From a virus, in the IMG/VR virus record IMGVR_UViG_3300016469_000277, positions 32,001 through 96,000 of that record: DNA of 64,000 bases; one strand, given 5' to 3'. Below are positions 10,133 to 20,720 of this stretch, one piece after another (the first letter of the stretch is position 1; each line of letters opens with the position of its first letter). A program made the position numbers and the translations under genes. The notes under the pieces were generated by a model, which was given only the letters and a program-made list of their open reading frames with translations, ran no database searches and was not told the DNA's origin.

Positions 10133-11432
10133 TAGTTTAAGTATTTTTTGTCTGTAGAATTTCCGCCAAGAAAATGGGTTTTAATCTCAGCTCTACCCAT
10201 AGGTTCTTCAGCTACTCTAAATTTGCCTGTATCCGCAATAGCATCTGCTATATCGTCTGAAGATATGTCAACCATGTGCATATCTCCATTAGGAAGAATA
10301 GCTATTGTCATAAAGGTACAATCAGCTATAGTAATTGCGTCTAGAACTTCTTCTTCTTCTGGGGAATCAATTTGGTTTTTAACCTCTTCTATGTCTTCTA
10401 CCATTTTTTCTTTGAAGTCTTTAAAGCCTTCTTCAAAAACCCCATAAGCATTAAGCATAGAGTCTGCTTCTTCGTTTTTGCCTTTTGTTCTTAGGAATTC
10501 TGCAAACTCCTGAATTAAATTGTTTTCCATCTGATTATTTTTTAAATTTCTATGTAATCTATTTCTTGTTCTTCGAGTTCTTTTAAGATTTTAACATCTT
10601 CTGCGTTAAAATCAAATTCTTCTAAGTGATGTAATAAAAAACTTATGTTATACTGATTACTGTCTCCGTCTATACTAGTCATACTAGGACTAGCGTAAGT
10701 TAGTATTTCTGAGATACCTTTATTACTTAGAGGAGGATTGTAACAGACTTTAAGTATGTTGTATTTTTTCATTTTGTTTTAATTACGTGTAATACAAAGT
10801 GATCTTCCTCTCTTTCGATTTTTTTTACTTTAAGTTTAGTCATTAGAGGATCAATAATTCCTAAACCCATACCTACATGTATCCAAGGGCCTCCTGGAAA
10901 ATCAACAAAGTCTAACGCAGTTCCACTACGATTGTACCCTGTTCTTAAAAAATCAGTGTAGCCAGTTACTTTTATTTTATCTTCTTCTACTTTGAATTTG
11001 ATTTCGTCGTTATGCCTGTTTAAATGAATGATTTCCATAAGTTAAAGATTTGAAAGAATTTTAGCTTGTTCTTCAACCAGTTGTTCTTTTGTTACTAAGT
11101 AGCTGTGAAGTAGCATTCCGTCTTTAGTGTAAATAGAAACTTGGATTGTTTCCAAAGTTTCCAAAATTTGTATTTTGTAATTACTCAGGTTGATTTCCAT
11201 CTTGTATTTTGTTTAAGTTAATTTCTACAAAGGTGTCAAATTCTTCTCCTTCAAAAGTTTTACCTGTTAGTTTGTCCATGAGAACTTTAGCAGGGAGATA
11301 AACTTTTTCTTCAATAGTGTAATCCCCAAGAGTTTCTTCTAGGGGATACCTTACTGTGTAAACTTTTACTTCTTTGCGAATGAGTCTTACGCCTTCCATG
11401 GCTACAGACTCGCCTAATACTGTGATATTCAT
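10132..11432 (-). other. cluster of five small hypothetical CDSs (10132-10530, 10542-10772, 10769-11038, 11042-11200, 11181-11432)
   Basis: Tightly packed co-oriented ORFs; 11042-11200 (52 aa) read manually. Confidence 0.65.
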
Positions 11433-11436
11433 ATAT

Positions 11437-12129
11437 TTATTTTTCTAGTTGTTTTAAAAAGTACTTACAAAAATTAAGTAACTCCTCATTTGTTGCACTA
11501 TTTTTCATTGTGTTAGCTTTCATTGAAATTACTTGAACATTTCCTTTTACGTACCCTTTTGTGTTATCAATCCTATCTAGTGAACAGTTATCTTGATAAC
11601 TTGTTTCGTCAGCAAATATAAAAGGAATTTTGAACACTGGGCACTCGTTTGGAATAATAATGTCTTCAATTGTTAAGTTAAAATCTAAATTAAGTTTTTT
11701 GGCTCTTCTTCTTGCGTTACCCAGCATTCTTTTTCTTCTACCAAGGTGAGTGTTATGACTTTTCATTTTAAGTCGATTAATATACTCTCGATAGCTTGGG
11801 TCGTGTTGCAGTCGAAGTTTTCTTGGGTAGTTTCTGTCTATTTTAGATTTTTCAGTTACTTGGTGTTCATCCCAACATGTTAAACATATAGCGGACAAAC
11901 CATCAGGGTTACGATTAACCCTCATAAAATAATTAGAACTTTTGACTTCTTTACACACACAACATGATTTCTCTGTAACTATATTAACTTCTTCCTTATG
12001 TTTCTTTTTTCTTTTAATATAGTCACATTCTTTGCAGTGCCCTAAATACCCATCTTTGGTTAAAGGGTGTCTATTAAAAAGCTGAAGCTCTAGTTCTTTT
12101 TTGCAATTTTTACAGATTTTAGTAATCAT
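11437..12129 (-). CDS. free-standing HNH-type endonuclease with Cys-pair zinc modules
   Basis: CxxC repeats; CPVF...SLDRIDNTKGYVKGNVQVIS..AN.MKN. Confidence 0.85.
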   Translation of the reverse strand: MITKICKNCKKELELQLFNRHPLTKDGYLGHCKECDYIKRKKKHKEEVNIVTEKSCCVCKEVKSSNYFMRVNRNPDGLSAICLTCWDEHQVTEKSKIDRNYPRKLRLQHDPSYREYINRLKMKSHNTHLGRRKRMLGNARRRAKKLNLDFNLTIEDIIIPNECPVFKIPFIFADETSYQDNCSLDRIDNTKGYVKGNVQVISMKANTMKNSATNEELLNFCKYFLKQLEK

Positions 12130-12165
12130 AGCTCAAATATACAAAAAAGAACAGAGTTTTCCAAG

Positions 12166-14148
12166 TTATTTTTTCCAATAACTCGCAACAGCAGCTTCAG
12201 CTTTTAATTTTACTCGCTTACAAAACGGGTTGGCTCCTTTTTCCATAGCAAGTTGTATTTGAGTAGCTACTTCATTAATCATCTGCTCAGGGGCTTCAAT
12301 TACCCACTCATCATGAACAACATTAACTAGTTTAACTACTCCAAATAAGTTATTAGGTAATATATAATCTTGCCAAAAGTAAATACCAGCAAGTTTAGTT
12401 ATTTCAGCTGATTCGCCTTGTACACAATAGTTTTGGGAAATTCTTTCAATTTCTCCTTTTTTGCTAAAGTACTTTGAAACTTTCTCTCTCATTCCTAGAA
12501 AAGTTGGAGAGTCACTTGCTTTTTCTTTTAGAGTTCTATACCTAGCCCAATAAGATTTATCAAAAGTCTTTTCTAGTTCCTTAAATTCATCAAAGTAATC
12601 AATGTAGCATTTTTTACCTGTAATTTTTGATAGTGTGACATAGCCTTTTTCAAGAGCTTCTTTCTTTCCTGTCTCAAAATAATCTTTAAGTTGTGAAAAA
12701 GCCTCAAAGTACTTACCATAAATATCTTCTGCTTCTTCTTGGGTAAGATTTAATTGGTCAGCTAAAGCTTGTGCACTACCTCCATAAGCTAAACAAAAAG
12801 AAACAATTTTACTTTGCTGCCTTCTGTTCTTGTGATTCTTTTTAATTTCGTCTAGTTCTAAATGATTAAGTTCCTTAAACATTTTCTTTGCCACAAAACT
12901 ATGCATGTCAGAAAACCCTCTGTCATAGAATTCAAGCAGATTAGGCTCTAACGACTGGTTGGTTAAAACCACGGATTCCTGGGAACTGTAGTCGCAACTA
13001 ATAAGCAAGTTACCTTTCTCAGCTACAAAACAACTTCTTGTCTCTTCGTCTGAGGGGATATTTTGCATATTAGGTAGTTCTACTTTCATTACTTTGTCTT
13101 TACCGCCAGAAGATAATCTGCCAGTATTCATTAACTGTTTATACTGGGTATGTATTCTTCCGCTTACAGGATTGATTAGTTTAAACCAGTTCTCACCGTA
13201 GGTACTTAAGTCTTTTTGGCACTCCTTATATTTACAGTAAGTTTCGATAATAGGAAACTTCTTTGCAAACTTACTAAGGTGTCCTTGTTCTACGGTATCC
13301 TTGTATTCGCCTTTGTCCTTGACTTTAGTATTTACTCCAATTAAATTAAAGAATTGAATAACCTGCTTAGGAGAATTCCAATTAATAACTACTGAGAGTT
13401 CTCGATTAAAGAGGTCTCCTTGAAAGTTAATAAATTCTGTCATATTGTTCTCACGAATGAATTGATCCAGTTGGTTTTTGTACCCAATCATTTCTTTGCG
13501 AGTAGACTCGATTTTAACTTTCCACTTTTCTACGTCTAGTTTAATTCCGCAATACTCTATATAAGCTAGAACTTTTACAAACCTATTATCTAGTTCGATA
13601 GAAACTTCAAGTTCTTTTTCTTTAATAAGTCTTTCTTGGATTCTTTTAATCTCCAAAAGATACTCTACGTCTTTACAGCCGTAAACAATAAGAGACTCAG
13701 TAAGTCTAGCAGAAATGTTTTTGCGTTCTTCTTTGCTTAATTCAATTCCTAAATACTCTTTACAAAGAGAGTCTAAACCTGCTCTATGAGAGTCGATACC
13801 TAGATAAAGAGTTCTTTCTGCGAGGAAAGTGTCAAAAATACGTGTCGGAACGATACGATGATGATAAAGAAATCTAAGGTCAAACTTGCCATTCTGCATA
13901 ACAAGTAGTTTAGATTCAAGTAATTTTTTATAATTCTGGATGTCAATAGTAGCTGTGTCAATAAAATACTGATTAGTCCCATCACCTATTTGAAGACTTA
14001 TGAGTGCACAAGTATAAGGGTCAAAACCTAGGGTTTCGCTATCTACCGCAATCTCGTCTAGATTGTTAAGATAAGCTAGGCTTTCTTCTACTGTGCAAGT
14101 CTGGTAATTAGGTGAAGGTAGTTTTTGTTTTGAAATTAAATACCTCAT
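12166..14148 (-). CDS. polA: DNA polymerase family A with 3'-5' exonuclease
   Basis: Exo DSET and NGKFD; TGRLSS, NMQNIP, motif A DYSSQE, motif B K...F..AYG, motif C VHDE. Confidence 0.95.
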   Translation of the reverse strand: MRYLISKQKLPSPNYQTCTVEESLAYLNNLDEIAVDSETLGFDPYTCALISLQIGDGTNQYFIDTATIDIQNYKKLLESKLLVMQNGKFDLRFLYHHRIVPTRIFDTFLAERTLYLGIDSHRAGLDSLCKEYLGIELSKEERKNISARLTESLIVYGCKDVEYLLEIKRIQERLIKEKELEVSIELDNRFVKVLAYIEYCGIKLDVEKWKVKIESTRKEMIGYKNQLDQFIRENNMTEFINFQGDLFNRELSVVINWNSPKQVIQFFNLIGVNTKVKDKGEYKDTVEQGHLSKFAKKFPIIETYCKYKECQKDLSTYGENWFKLINPVSGRIHTQYKQLMNTGRLSSGGKDKVMKVELPNMQNIPSDEETRSCFVAEKGNLLISCDYSSQESVVLTNQSLEPNLLEFYDRGFSDMHSFVAKKMFKELNHLELDEIKKNHKNRRQQSKIVSFCLAYGGSAQALADQLNLTQEEAEDIYGKYFEAFSQLKDYFETGKKEALEKGYVTLSKITGKKCYIDYFDEFKELEKTFDKSYWARYRTLKEKASDSPTFLGMREKVSKYFSKKGEIERISQNYCVQGESAEITKLAGIYFWQDYILPNNLFGVVKLVNVVHDEWVIEAPEQMINEVATQIQLAMEKGANPFCKRVKLKAEAAVASYWKK

Positions 14149-14789
14149 GAAATAAGTGAGTTGACAACTCTTTCATACTTAGCTTGAGCTTCTAGTATAA
14201 GCTCGTACTTTTCTTCTTGGGAATAGTTTCCTTCTTGAATTAAGTTTAAGTAATGTTTAAAAATGTCGTAGATTTGTTTTCTGTCGTTGTTACTTAGCTT
14301 TAAGTGCTTAGCGGAAAGGGCTAACATTTTTTCTGTAGTTCCTTCTCCCCACAATTTATTTAAAGTTTTTCCTAAGTTCCAAACGTGGTGTGGAGTGTAC
14401 ATATTACACACCTTACACAAAGGAGCAAGATTTAAAAGACTAAATCTTGTAGGACCTTTTGTTCTTCCTACAAAGTGTCCACATTGACTTTGTTTAGGAT
14501 CTAAAGGAATTTCGCAAGCGTGACACTTATATTGGTGGGCTGCTCTAACTAACCAAGAAGTTACTTGGTCTAGTTTAGTCTGAGTAATAGTTTCTTGCTT
14601 TACTCGTTTCTTGTATTCTTTGCGAGCCTTTTGTTTTTCTTTTCGTTCTTTAACAAGACAAGTAGCGCATAATCTCTTGGTCTTGTTAGCCAGAGGTTTC
14701 ATCTTTCCACAATCAGAACAAGGCTTTTGTTCTTTGTGTCTTACGGCTTCTCCTTTAACAGGAACTTTTTTTGGTTTAATGATTCTCAT
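14145..14789 (-). CDS. NinG/Rap-like nuclease
   Basis: CHAC...QCGHFVGR...TRF...N...LC..CN. Confidence 0.75.
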   Translation of the reverse strand: MRIIKPKKVPVKGEAVRHKEQKPCSDCGKMKPLANKTKRLCATCLVKERKEKQKARKEYKKRVKQETITQTKLDQVTSWLVRAAHQYKCHACEIPLDPKQSQCGHFVGRTKGPTRFSLLNLAPLCKVCNMYTPHHVWNLGKTLNKLWGEGTTEKMLALSAKHLKLSNNDRKQIYDIFKHYLNLIQEGNYSQEEKYELILEAQAKYERVVNSLIS

Positions 14790-14829
14790 ACCGATCTGAT
14801 TAGTGCAAATATAGGGAAAGTCATAAAAG

Positions 14830-14862
14830 CAAAAAAGGAGAGAATTTCTTCTCTCCTCTTTT
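14830..14862 (-). terminator. intrinsic terminator
   Basis: AGGAGAGAA/TTCTCTCCT hairpin flanked by A/T tracts. Confidence 0.7.
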
Positions 14863-14916
14863 ACTCAGATGGCGGCATGCAAAAGGCGTGCTGCAAATAT
14901 AACTTAAAAGTTTAAA

Positions 14917-15387
14917 TTACCAAGAAGCTTGATAATAAAAATCTGCTCTACTAGTTCCTTTGTTAATACTTTTAACGTAAGGTTTAAGTACTTCAATAGT
15001 TTGCTCTACTTCTTGAAAATAATAATCATCATACTCAGTAGAACCAAAGAAAAATCCTTCTGTGGTGGGAAGGAGTTCTTCTGCTTTACTATGATCCATG
15101 TTAACTTGTTTTAAAGTGTCATAGAGTTCAACTAGTGCTTCATCATAAATATTAATTTTTTGACATTCATCCCTTCCATAAGCACAGTTATTTACTATCC
15201 AGTTGTGAAGTGCATTGAATTTACGCCAATAAGCTACATTCTCCGAAACAGTAGAAATGTTTTCAGGATTTATATCCTTATAGATTTCTCCGCCTTTCTT
15301 AACAGTTACATCAAACTGTTCTTCAGGAGATTGGTGAGGCCATTTTTTAACGTAGGTCTCCCGGTACATATACATATCTAATCCCAT
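14917..15387 (-). CDS. conserved phage hypothetical protein
   Basis: MGLDMY...YWRK.NALHNW...GFFFG...YYQASW family signature. Confidence 0.75.
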   Translation of the reverse strand: MGLDMYMYRETYVKKWPHQSPEEQFDVTVKKGGEIYKDINPENISTVSENVAYWRKFNALHNWIVNNCAYGRDECQKINIYDEALVELYDTLKQVNMDHSKAEELLPTTEGFFFGSTEYDDYYFQEVEQTIEVLKPYVKSINKGTSRADFYYQASW

Positions 15388-16247
15388 TATAGTGAATTTG
15401 AAAAGCTTGACATACTAGGAATAAGTTCTAAAGCACGATTGTTAATCTTGAAGCCTGAACCTTCCATTACGCTTCTAGCACGATCTCTTACATTGTCGTG
15501 GTGTGTAGTAAACCTAGTTACTCCGTTAAAGAGAGCCCATTGAGTACTGCCGTGAATATTTACGTCAGCTGCAATAGATTCTTTTAAAGTAACAAGACGG
15601 TTATCGCTGCGAGTATTTTCGCTAACTCCTAAGATTTCTCTTAAGAAATCATCATCAACTCTTGAAGGAATGTAAACACCACTCATTTCTTTAAACTTCT
15701 CAACTAAGAGAGTTTCCTGAAGGATAGCGTCTGACATTGTTTGTACAATAATAGAAAGTCTGTCGTGACTATTAGGAGTGTGTCTTACTCTGGTTACGTC
15801 GCTTAAAGACTTAAAGAAAGTGTTCTGACAAACAACTACTACATTGGTAGTACCAAATCCTAAAGGAGTTTGTCCGTCATGTGAATTTAAAGCAGTCAGC
15901 CAACGCTTTAATACGCTACCTCCGATAGTGTCTTCTCCTAAGTTAAGTTGATAGAATACTCTTTTTCCTTGAGAGATAGTTCCCCCACGAGAAATAGTAA
16001 TGTTAGCGTGTTCTGCTGCTTGGTGTAAAAGGGCTAATAAGTCTCTATTTTGTGTAGGAGTGTACCTACTACCTACAGTAGCAAGATAATGCCCTGTGTC
16101 TTCTCTAAAGATACCGTGAGAGTCTGTTGTCCAACCTTCTTCTGTTACGAGAGGTTTTTTAACTACGTTCCAGTTAGTTCCTGATCTGTCGAGCATTTCA
16201 TCAATTGAAATGGTTCCGTTTACTTGTGTGAAATTTGCAAGTGCCAT
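15387..16247 (-). CDS. DUF932 family protein
   Basis: VGSRY.P.QN, NSHDG, VVCQNT, RHT, WALFNGVT. Confidence 0.8.
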   Translation of the reverse strand: MALANFTQVNGTISIDEMLDRSGTNWNVVKKPLVTEEGWTTDSHGIFREDTGHYLATVGSRYTPTQNRDLLALLHQAAEHANITISRGGTISQGKRVFYQLNLGEDTIGGSVLKRWLTALNSHDGQTPLGFGTTNVVVVCQNTFFKSLSDVTRVRHTPNSHDRLSIIVQTMSDAILQETLLVEKFKEMSGVYIPSRVDDDFLREILGVSENTRSDNRLVTLKESIAADVNIHGSTQWALFNGVTRFTTHHDNVRDRARSVMEGSGFKINNRALELIPSMSSFSNSL

Positions 16248-16288
16248 TGGTTTTTAATTTTATTTGTTTTTAGTTTTACTTTTCAAAG

Positions 16289-16717
16289 TTAAGTTTTATT
16301 TTCTTCATTTCCAAAATTAGTATCGTCTTTTTTTAAATTAATTTTATCTGAGCCACATCTAGGGCATTCCTTAAATGAAAAAGAGGCAAGCTTAATTACT
16401 TGCCCCATATTATCCTTAAGTTCTTTCTCGTCAAACTCTTGGGTTTCTCCTAAGAGCTTACCGCAATCGTGACAGATTGCTAAGTATTTCATAAAATTCT
16501 ATTAAGCTTTATTTCTTATATCATTTTCTATTAATTCTAGAAGTTGAGGATCATCTGTTGGAGGACCTTCTAGCCATGTAATACTAAGTACATATCCTTC
16601 ATCGTCTGTTGAAACAGTGAAATCATGTTCTTCTCCGAATAGTTCTAAAGTTCCTACATACCAGTAAGTAGCTGCAAAAGCTTCTGAGTCTATGCTTATG
16701 TTAAAGGTTTCAGCCAT
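16289..16717 (-). other. two small CDSs (16289-16492 zinc-ribbon; 16502-16717 acidic)
   Basis: CHDC and CPRC pairs in the first ORF. Confidence 0.6.
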
Positions 16718-17379
16718 TGTATTGTTTCTGCGTTTAAATCTTTTGTAATTTTGTTAATTTCAGACCACAGGTTATCATGTTTCCATTTTGTTCCTGAGTA
16801 GACTTCTGTTATAGGATGAGGTCTTTCTATAATATAATTCCAGAAGTCGTTAATAGCAGGTTTGAACTTTTGTGCATCTTTACCTAAAAGTACAAAAATA
16901 ATTCCTGTGTTGTACTCTTGGATACCTTTGATTACTGAAAGAGTAAAGTTCTCCCAAATTTTCATGTGAGAGCCTGGAGACTTTTCCTCAACAGTTAAAG
17001 CTGCGTTAAGTAATAATACTCCTTCACCCGGTAAAGCGTGCCAATTAAGTATACCTTCTCCTAAGTCTTCTTGGATACATCTTGAGATGATTCTAAGTGA
17101 AGGAGGAACATAATCAGGGTGTCGAGGTGCAAATGAAAGTCCACAAGCTACAGGCTCATTTTTGTAGACATTTGGGTACGGATCCTGACCAATCCAAACA
17201 AGTTTAAGTTTTTCTAAAGGAGTCATCCAAAAAGCCTTAAAGACTTCTTCAGACTTGGGAAAGACATTTACCTTCGATCTTCTCTCCGCTACGTACTTTC
17301 CTATCTTCAGTAGTTCCGTTTCCTGATTCTTCAAGAGTTTCGCCCAATCCTCCGGTAGGATATTGTTCAATATAGACAT
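16696..17379 (-). CDS. ung: uracil-DNA glycosylase family 1
   Basis: GQDPY, GLSF, PPSL, GVLLLN, HP motifs. Confidence 0.92.
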   Translation of the reverse strand: MSILNNILPEDWAKLLKNQETELLKIGKYVAERRSKVNVFPKSEEVFKAFWMTPLEKLKLVWIGQDPYPNVYKNEPVACGLSFAPRHPDYVPPSLRIISRCIQEDLGEGILNWHALPGEGVLLLNAALTVEEKSPGSHMKIWENFTLSVIKGIQEYNTGIIFVLLGKDAQKFKPAINDFWNYIIERPHPITEVYSGTKWKHDNLWSEINKITKDLNAETIQWLKPLT

Positions 17380-17890
17380 TTAAAAATTGATTTAAGTTTT
17401 TTGTTAAGTTAAGAAGCATTCTGTCCACACTAATCTGATCTTCAATAGTTTGTACTGAATGAATAACAGTGCTGTGGTCTTGTCCTCCTATAAATCTAGC
17501 TATTGTGTTTAAAGTCCAACTGGTGTTGTGTTTTAACCAATGGGTTATTAACTGTCTAGCTAGGACTAATTCTCTTTTGCGAGAAGAGGACATTATTATT
17601 TCCCACTTAAGTTTAAAGAAGAAAGCAACTAACTTTCTTAAATTTTCTAATTGTTCTTCTTCTTGAATTTGAAGCTTAGATAAATCTAAACTAATGTTCT
17701 CGTCTAGCTCAAACTCAAGATAGTTCTCTGGTTGAAAATAAATAAAAGCAGAATGATCTGAAAAACAATTCGATATAAGAGAGTCGACTACTTCTTTTAC
17801 TTCTGTGTAAGATTCCTTAATAGTAAGTTCGTTAAAGAGTTTTTGACTAATACTTCTGATTAGTTTTTTTCTTTGGTGGTATGTTGACAT
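17249..17890 (-). CDS. protein with DnaA domain IV-like HTH
   Basis: SRKRELVLARQ...TLNTIARFIGGQDHSTVIHS. Confidence 0.75.
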   Translation of the reverse strand: MSTYHQRKKLIRSISQKLFNELTIKESYTEVKEVVDSLISNCFSDHSAFIYFQPENYLEFELDENISLDLSKLQIQEEEQLENLRKLVAFFFKLKWEIIMSSSRKRELVLARQLITHWLKHNTSWTLNTIARFIGGQDHSTVIHSVQTIEDQISVDRMLLNLTKNLNQFLNVYIEQYPTGGLGETLEESGNGTTEDRKVRSGEKIEGKCLSQV

Positions 17891-17891
17891 A

Positions 17892-18848
17892 TTATTTAAT
17901 AATATCTAGTATTGCTTGTTTGCCCATTTCTTTGTAAATATCTGAAGGATCCTTGGGTAAGTCCTTTGAATGAATAATACATTCTAATCCGTACATTTCT
18001 GCCATTTTCTTGCAGCCTATTTGTCCTGCTTCGTCGTTATCATACCAAAGTCTGATTCTTTTAAATCTGTCTTTGAGTAGATTAAAAGCATTCTGGCTAA
18101 TAGGAGTGTTTTCGCTTCTTACAGCTACAGCATTTACTCCACAGCCATATAAAGTCATACAGTCCTTACGGCCTTTTGTAACAATTAGTTCATCTCCGGT
18201 AGGAGGAAGTTGATTCCAGCCTTCTAGTATTCCTCCAAAGAAGTTAGATCTAAATTTATTCTTTTTAGAGGCTAGAGGCCGATAAAGTTTAGTTTTACCT
18301 TTCTCGGTGTAACGGTAACAAGGGTCTATATCGTTTTTAATATACCAGAGTTTACCGTTTATCCAGGCTTTGTCTACTTTTCTAACTTCGTAAAAATCTA
18401 ATATCTCAGGAGTAACTCCAAATTGTCCCCAGTAGTTAAAGTCAGTTGTCTTAAAATAAGTGACAGTTGTTTTAATATCACTAGGAGTAACTTCAACAGG
18501 AGGCTTTTCCGCTAGTCTAAGAGTACGAAGTTCATCCATAGTCAAAGAGTTAAGCTGAAAGTCTGATTCAATTTTATAAAGGATATCAGGAAATCCATAA
18601 CCAGTTTTCAGCTGAGCTATATCTAAAGCACTAAAATAAACTTGTTCTGTAGCGTAGTCTACGAAATATAAATTTCCTTTGCTGGTCCACTTATAAAAAC
18701 AAGAAGCATTCCTATCATCTCTGAAAGGATTTACATAACGCTTACCTATTACTACTGGATAGCAATAAGTACTCATTATGGCTTCTTGTCCTACTAAGTC
18801 GTAGATACGCTGAACAGTAGTAAAGGTTTCTATTTCGTGAATGTTCAT
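17892..18848 (-). CDS. DNA primase (Toprim)
   Basis: NPFRDD..ASC; TKGRKD; YDNDEAG; KDPSD. Confidence 0.85.
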   Translation of the reverse strand: MNIHEIETFTTVQRIYDLVGQEAIMSTYCYPVVIGKRYVNPFRDDRNASCFYKWTSKGNLYFVDYATEQVYFSALDIAQLKTGYGFPDILYKIESDFQLNSLTMDELRTLRLAEKPPVEVTPSDIKTTVTYFKTTDFNYWGQFGVTPEILDFYEVRKVDKAWINGKLWYIKNDIDPCYRYTEKGKTKLYRPLASKKNKFRSNFFGGILEGWNQLPPTGDELIVTKGRKDCMTLYGCGVNAVAVRSENTPISQNAFNLLKDRFKRIRLWYDNDEAGQIGCKKMAEMYGLECIIHSKDLPKDPSDIYKEMGKQAILDIIK

Positions 18849-18854
18849 TTTTAA

Positions 18855-19067
18855 TTAAATATTCTCTAGTACAAAATTAATATCGTAATCTTCTTTTGTT
18901 TCGTCAGTTATTATACTGTCTATTTCAAAACTATCGCATACGTAATTATCGTCTGGTTCTGAAAGAAACTGTTTTAACGCAAGAATAATTGCAGAGTTTA
19001 AATCATCTGCTTCAACATTTATTCTTTTGTATGATTGCCATACTATAGGAATACTGTATTTTTTCAT
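18855..19067 (-). CDS. hypothetical protein
   Basis: 70-aa ORF in operon. Confidence 0.6.
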   Translation of the reverse strand: MKKYSIPIVWQSYKRINVEADDLNSAIILALKQFLSEPDDNYVCDSFEIDSIITDETKEDYDINFVLENI

Positions 19068-19068
19068 T

Positions 19069-19329
19069 TTACACTTTTTCGTAAGTCATTTCAAAGATGT
19101 CTGGTTTGCAAGGATAAAATTCTCCCTTAACTCCTTTGATAATATAATCACCTTCGGTTGCAATGTGTTGACCTTCTAAGGTTGGAATTATGCAAGTAGC
19201 AATTCCATTAATACGCTTTTCGATAGTTAGCGTATGTGCATTATCATTCGTAAACGACTTTACTTCATCCCAATTATTACGGGTAAATTTTACTGCTTCA
19301 ATTTCTACTGGTTTTTTTCTGTATTTCAT
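19069..19329 (-). CDS. conserved phage protein (PGDYG-like)
   Basis: KYRKKPVEIEA...TLEG...GDYIIKG..GEFYPCKPDIF..TYE. Confidence 0.8.
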   Translation of the reverse strand: MKYRKKPVEIEAVKFTRNNWDEVKSFTNDNAHTLTIEKRINGIATCIIPTLEGQHIATEGDYIIKGVKGEFYPCKPDIFEMTYEKV

Positions 19330-19511
19330 TTTCCGTATTCTTCGTTGTAGTATTGTTCAAATTCATGTATAGCTCCATCTTCATCACCTGCATACCAAGC
19401 ATCTTCAATTTGTTGCTTCTCCATTTCTTTGGCTTGTTCTTCTCTTTGAATGCCTATATACCCATCTTTTTTATATTGCTCAACCAACCATTCTACTGCT
19501 GTTTGTTTCAT
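19326..19511 (-). CDS. small 'KQTAVEWL' family protein (start revised)
   Basis: MKQTAVEWL...QAKEMEKQQIEDAW...EQYYNE. Confidence 0.7.
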   Translation of the reverse strand: MKQTAVEWLVEQYKKDGYIGIQREEQAKEMEKQQIEDAWYAGDEDGAIHEFEQYYNEEYGK

Positions 19512-19512
19512 C

Positions 19513-19818
19513 TTATTCTGATTTAAAGGTTTCGTTGTAGTATTCTTCTGGATTGGGGGATATTGATGTAGTTCTAAAATTAAATCCATCAATAGTACCT
19601 GAGTGGTAACTATTTTTGATTTGCTCCTTCTCCATTGCTTTGGCTTCATCAACCACATTCCAAAGTGTGCTTTGAGGTAGGGTATATGGAAAAGCAATAA
19701 ATCCACGATTGATTAATATTTGAATCAGTCTATCTACTGCTGTTTGTTTTTTATATAGTCCGTCTTTTGCATCATCGTTCATAATGTCTATAATTAGTTT
19801 CTTTTGTTGGTCTTTCAT
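19513..19818 (-). CDS. small 'KQTAV' family protein (start revised)
   Basis: KQTAVDRL...AKAMEKEQI...EEYYNETFK; TATATTTG box 4 nt upstream. Confidence 0.7.
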   Translation of the reverse strand: MKDQQKKLIIDIMNDDAKDGLYKKQTAVDRLIQILINRGFIAFPYTLPQSTLWNVVDEAKAMEKEQIKNSYHSGTIDGFNFRTTSISPNPEEYYNETFKSE

Positions 19819-19880
19819 TTTACAAATATAAAAGAAAGAGGGGGATTTCTCCCCCACTCTCTACACTATGAAAATACACC

Positions 19881-20696
19881 TTAAAACAATCCGCCAGTAG
19901 AACTGGAGCTGCTTGAAGGTGTATAATCTGGTTCATCATCAATAAAAGGATTTCCGTCATCAACAAATTCCTTCAACAGGAAAGAGTCTCCATAGAAATC
20001 TTTACAACCATATTCTCCTGTGAATTTCTTCTTTACATAATCAGTAATAGGAGAGTTCAAGTGGAGAATCCCTTTAGTAAATACAGATTGGAATTTACCA
20101 TCTCTGATAGTTAAAGGAATTTTAATACCGGAACCTTTAGAATTAAAAGCCTCAAAGAATTCACGAAGTTCGCTTACATTACCTTTAGTAATTGCTTTCC
20201 AATTATCTAGTACAAAAGGTTTTTCTTTTGGTCTAGCGTTGGCATAAGCTTTCAAAAGTTCATAAACATCCTCTTCGCCTGTTTTTGCTTCACGAATAGA
20301 CTTAGTATCTAAACGATAACTAGGATCTTTAGATTGTTGGTCTTGACTCAAAGTAGCCAAGTCAACAGCCCAAGCTGTTTTAGTAAAATTATCAATATAC
20401 TGAGTTTTACCGCTATTTTTACCTACTACGGTTTCATCGTTTACCCAAAGACTAAACTTACCGAGAAGTTCAGTTTCACAGCTTGGGTGATTTTTGTACC
20501 AAAAGTCCAGACGCATTTTTCCTTCGGTCTTATCATACTCAGGATTTTTAATCTTTTCAATGTCTGTGTTAAAAAGACTAGCCAATCCTTTTTCGTTAGG
20601 ATTTACTGATACGATTTGTACAGGAGCATAACCTGTGTAGAGTTTCTTTTCAAAGCCTTGTGCGCTTTCTTCTACTTCATTTACATTAATTGCCAT
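19881..20696 (-). CDS. putative single-stranded DNA-binding protein (crAss-like)
   Basis: KLYTG...VNP, RLDFW, acidic tail ending GGLF; next to AAA ATPase. Confidence 0.6.
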   Translation of the reverse strand: MAINVNEVEESAQGFEKKLYTGYAPVQIVSVNPNEKGLASLFNTDIEKIKNPEYDKTEGKMRLDFWYKNHPSCETELLGKFSLWVNDETVVGKNSGKTQYIDNFTKTAWAVDLATLSQDQQSKDPSYRLDTKSIREAKTGEEDVYELLKAYANARPKEKPFVLDNWKAITKGNVSELREFFEAFNSKGSGIKIPLTIRDGKFQSVFTKGILHLNSPITDYVKKKFTGEYGCKDFYGDSFLLKEFVDDGNPFIDDEPDYTPSSSSSSTGGLF

Positions 20697-20720
20697 GATT
20701 TTTTGTTTTTAATTTGTTTG

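Noticed and set aside
11437-12166. HNH gene as an intron within polA
   Set aside because: PolA is complete through motif C to its stop, and no intron core is visible
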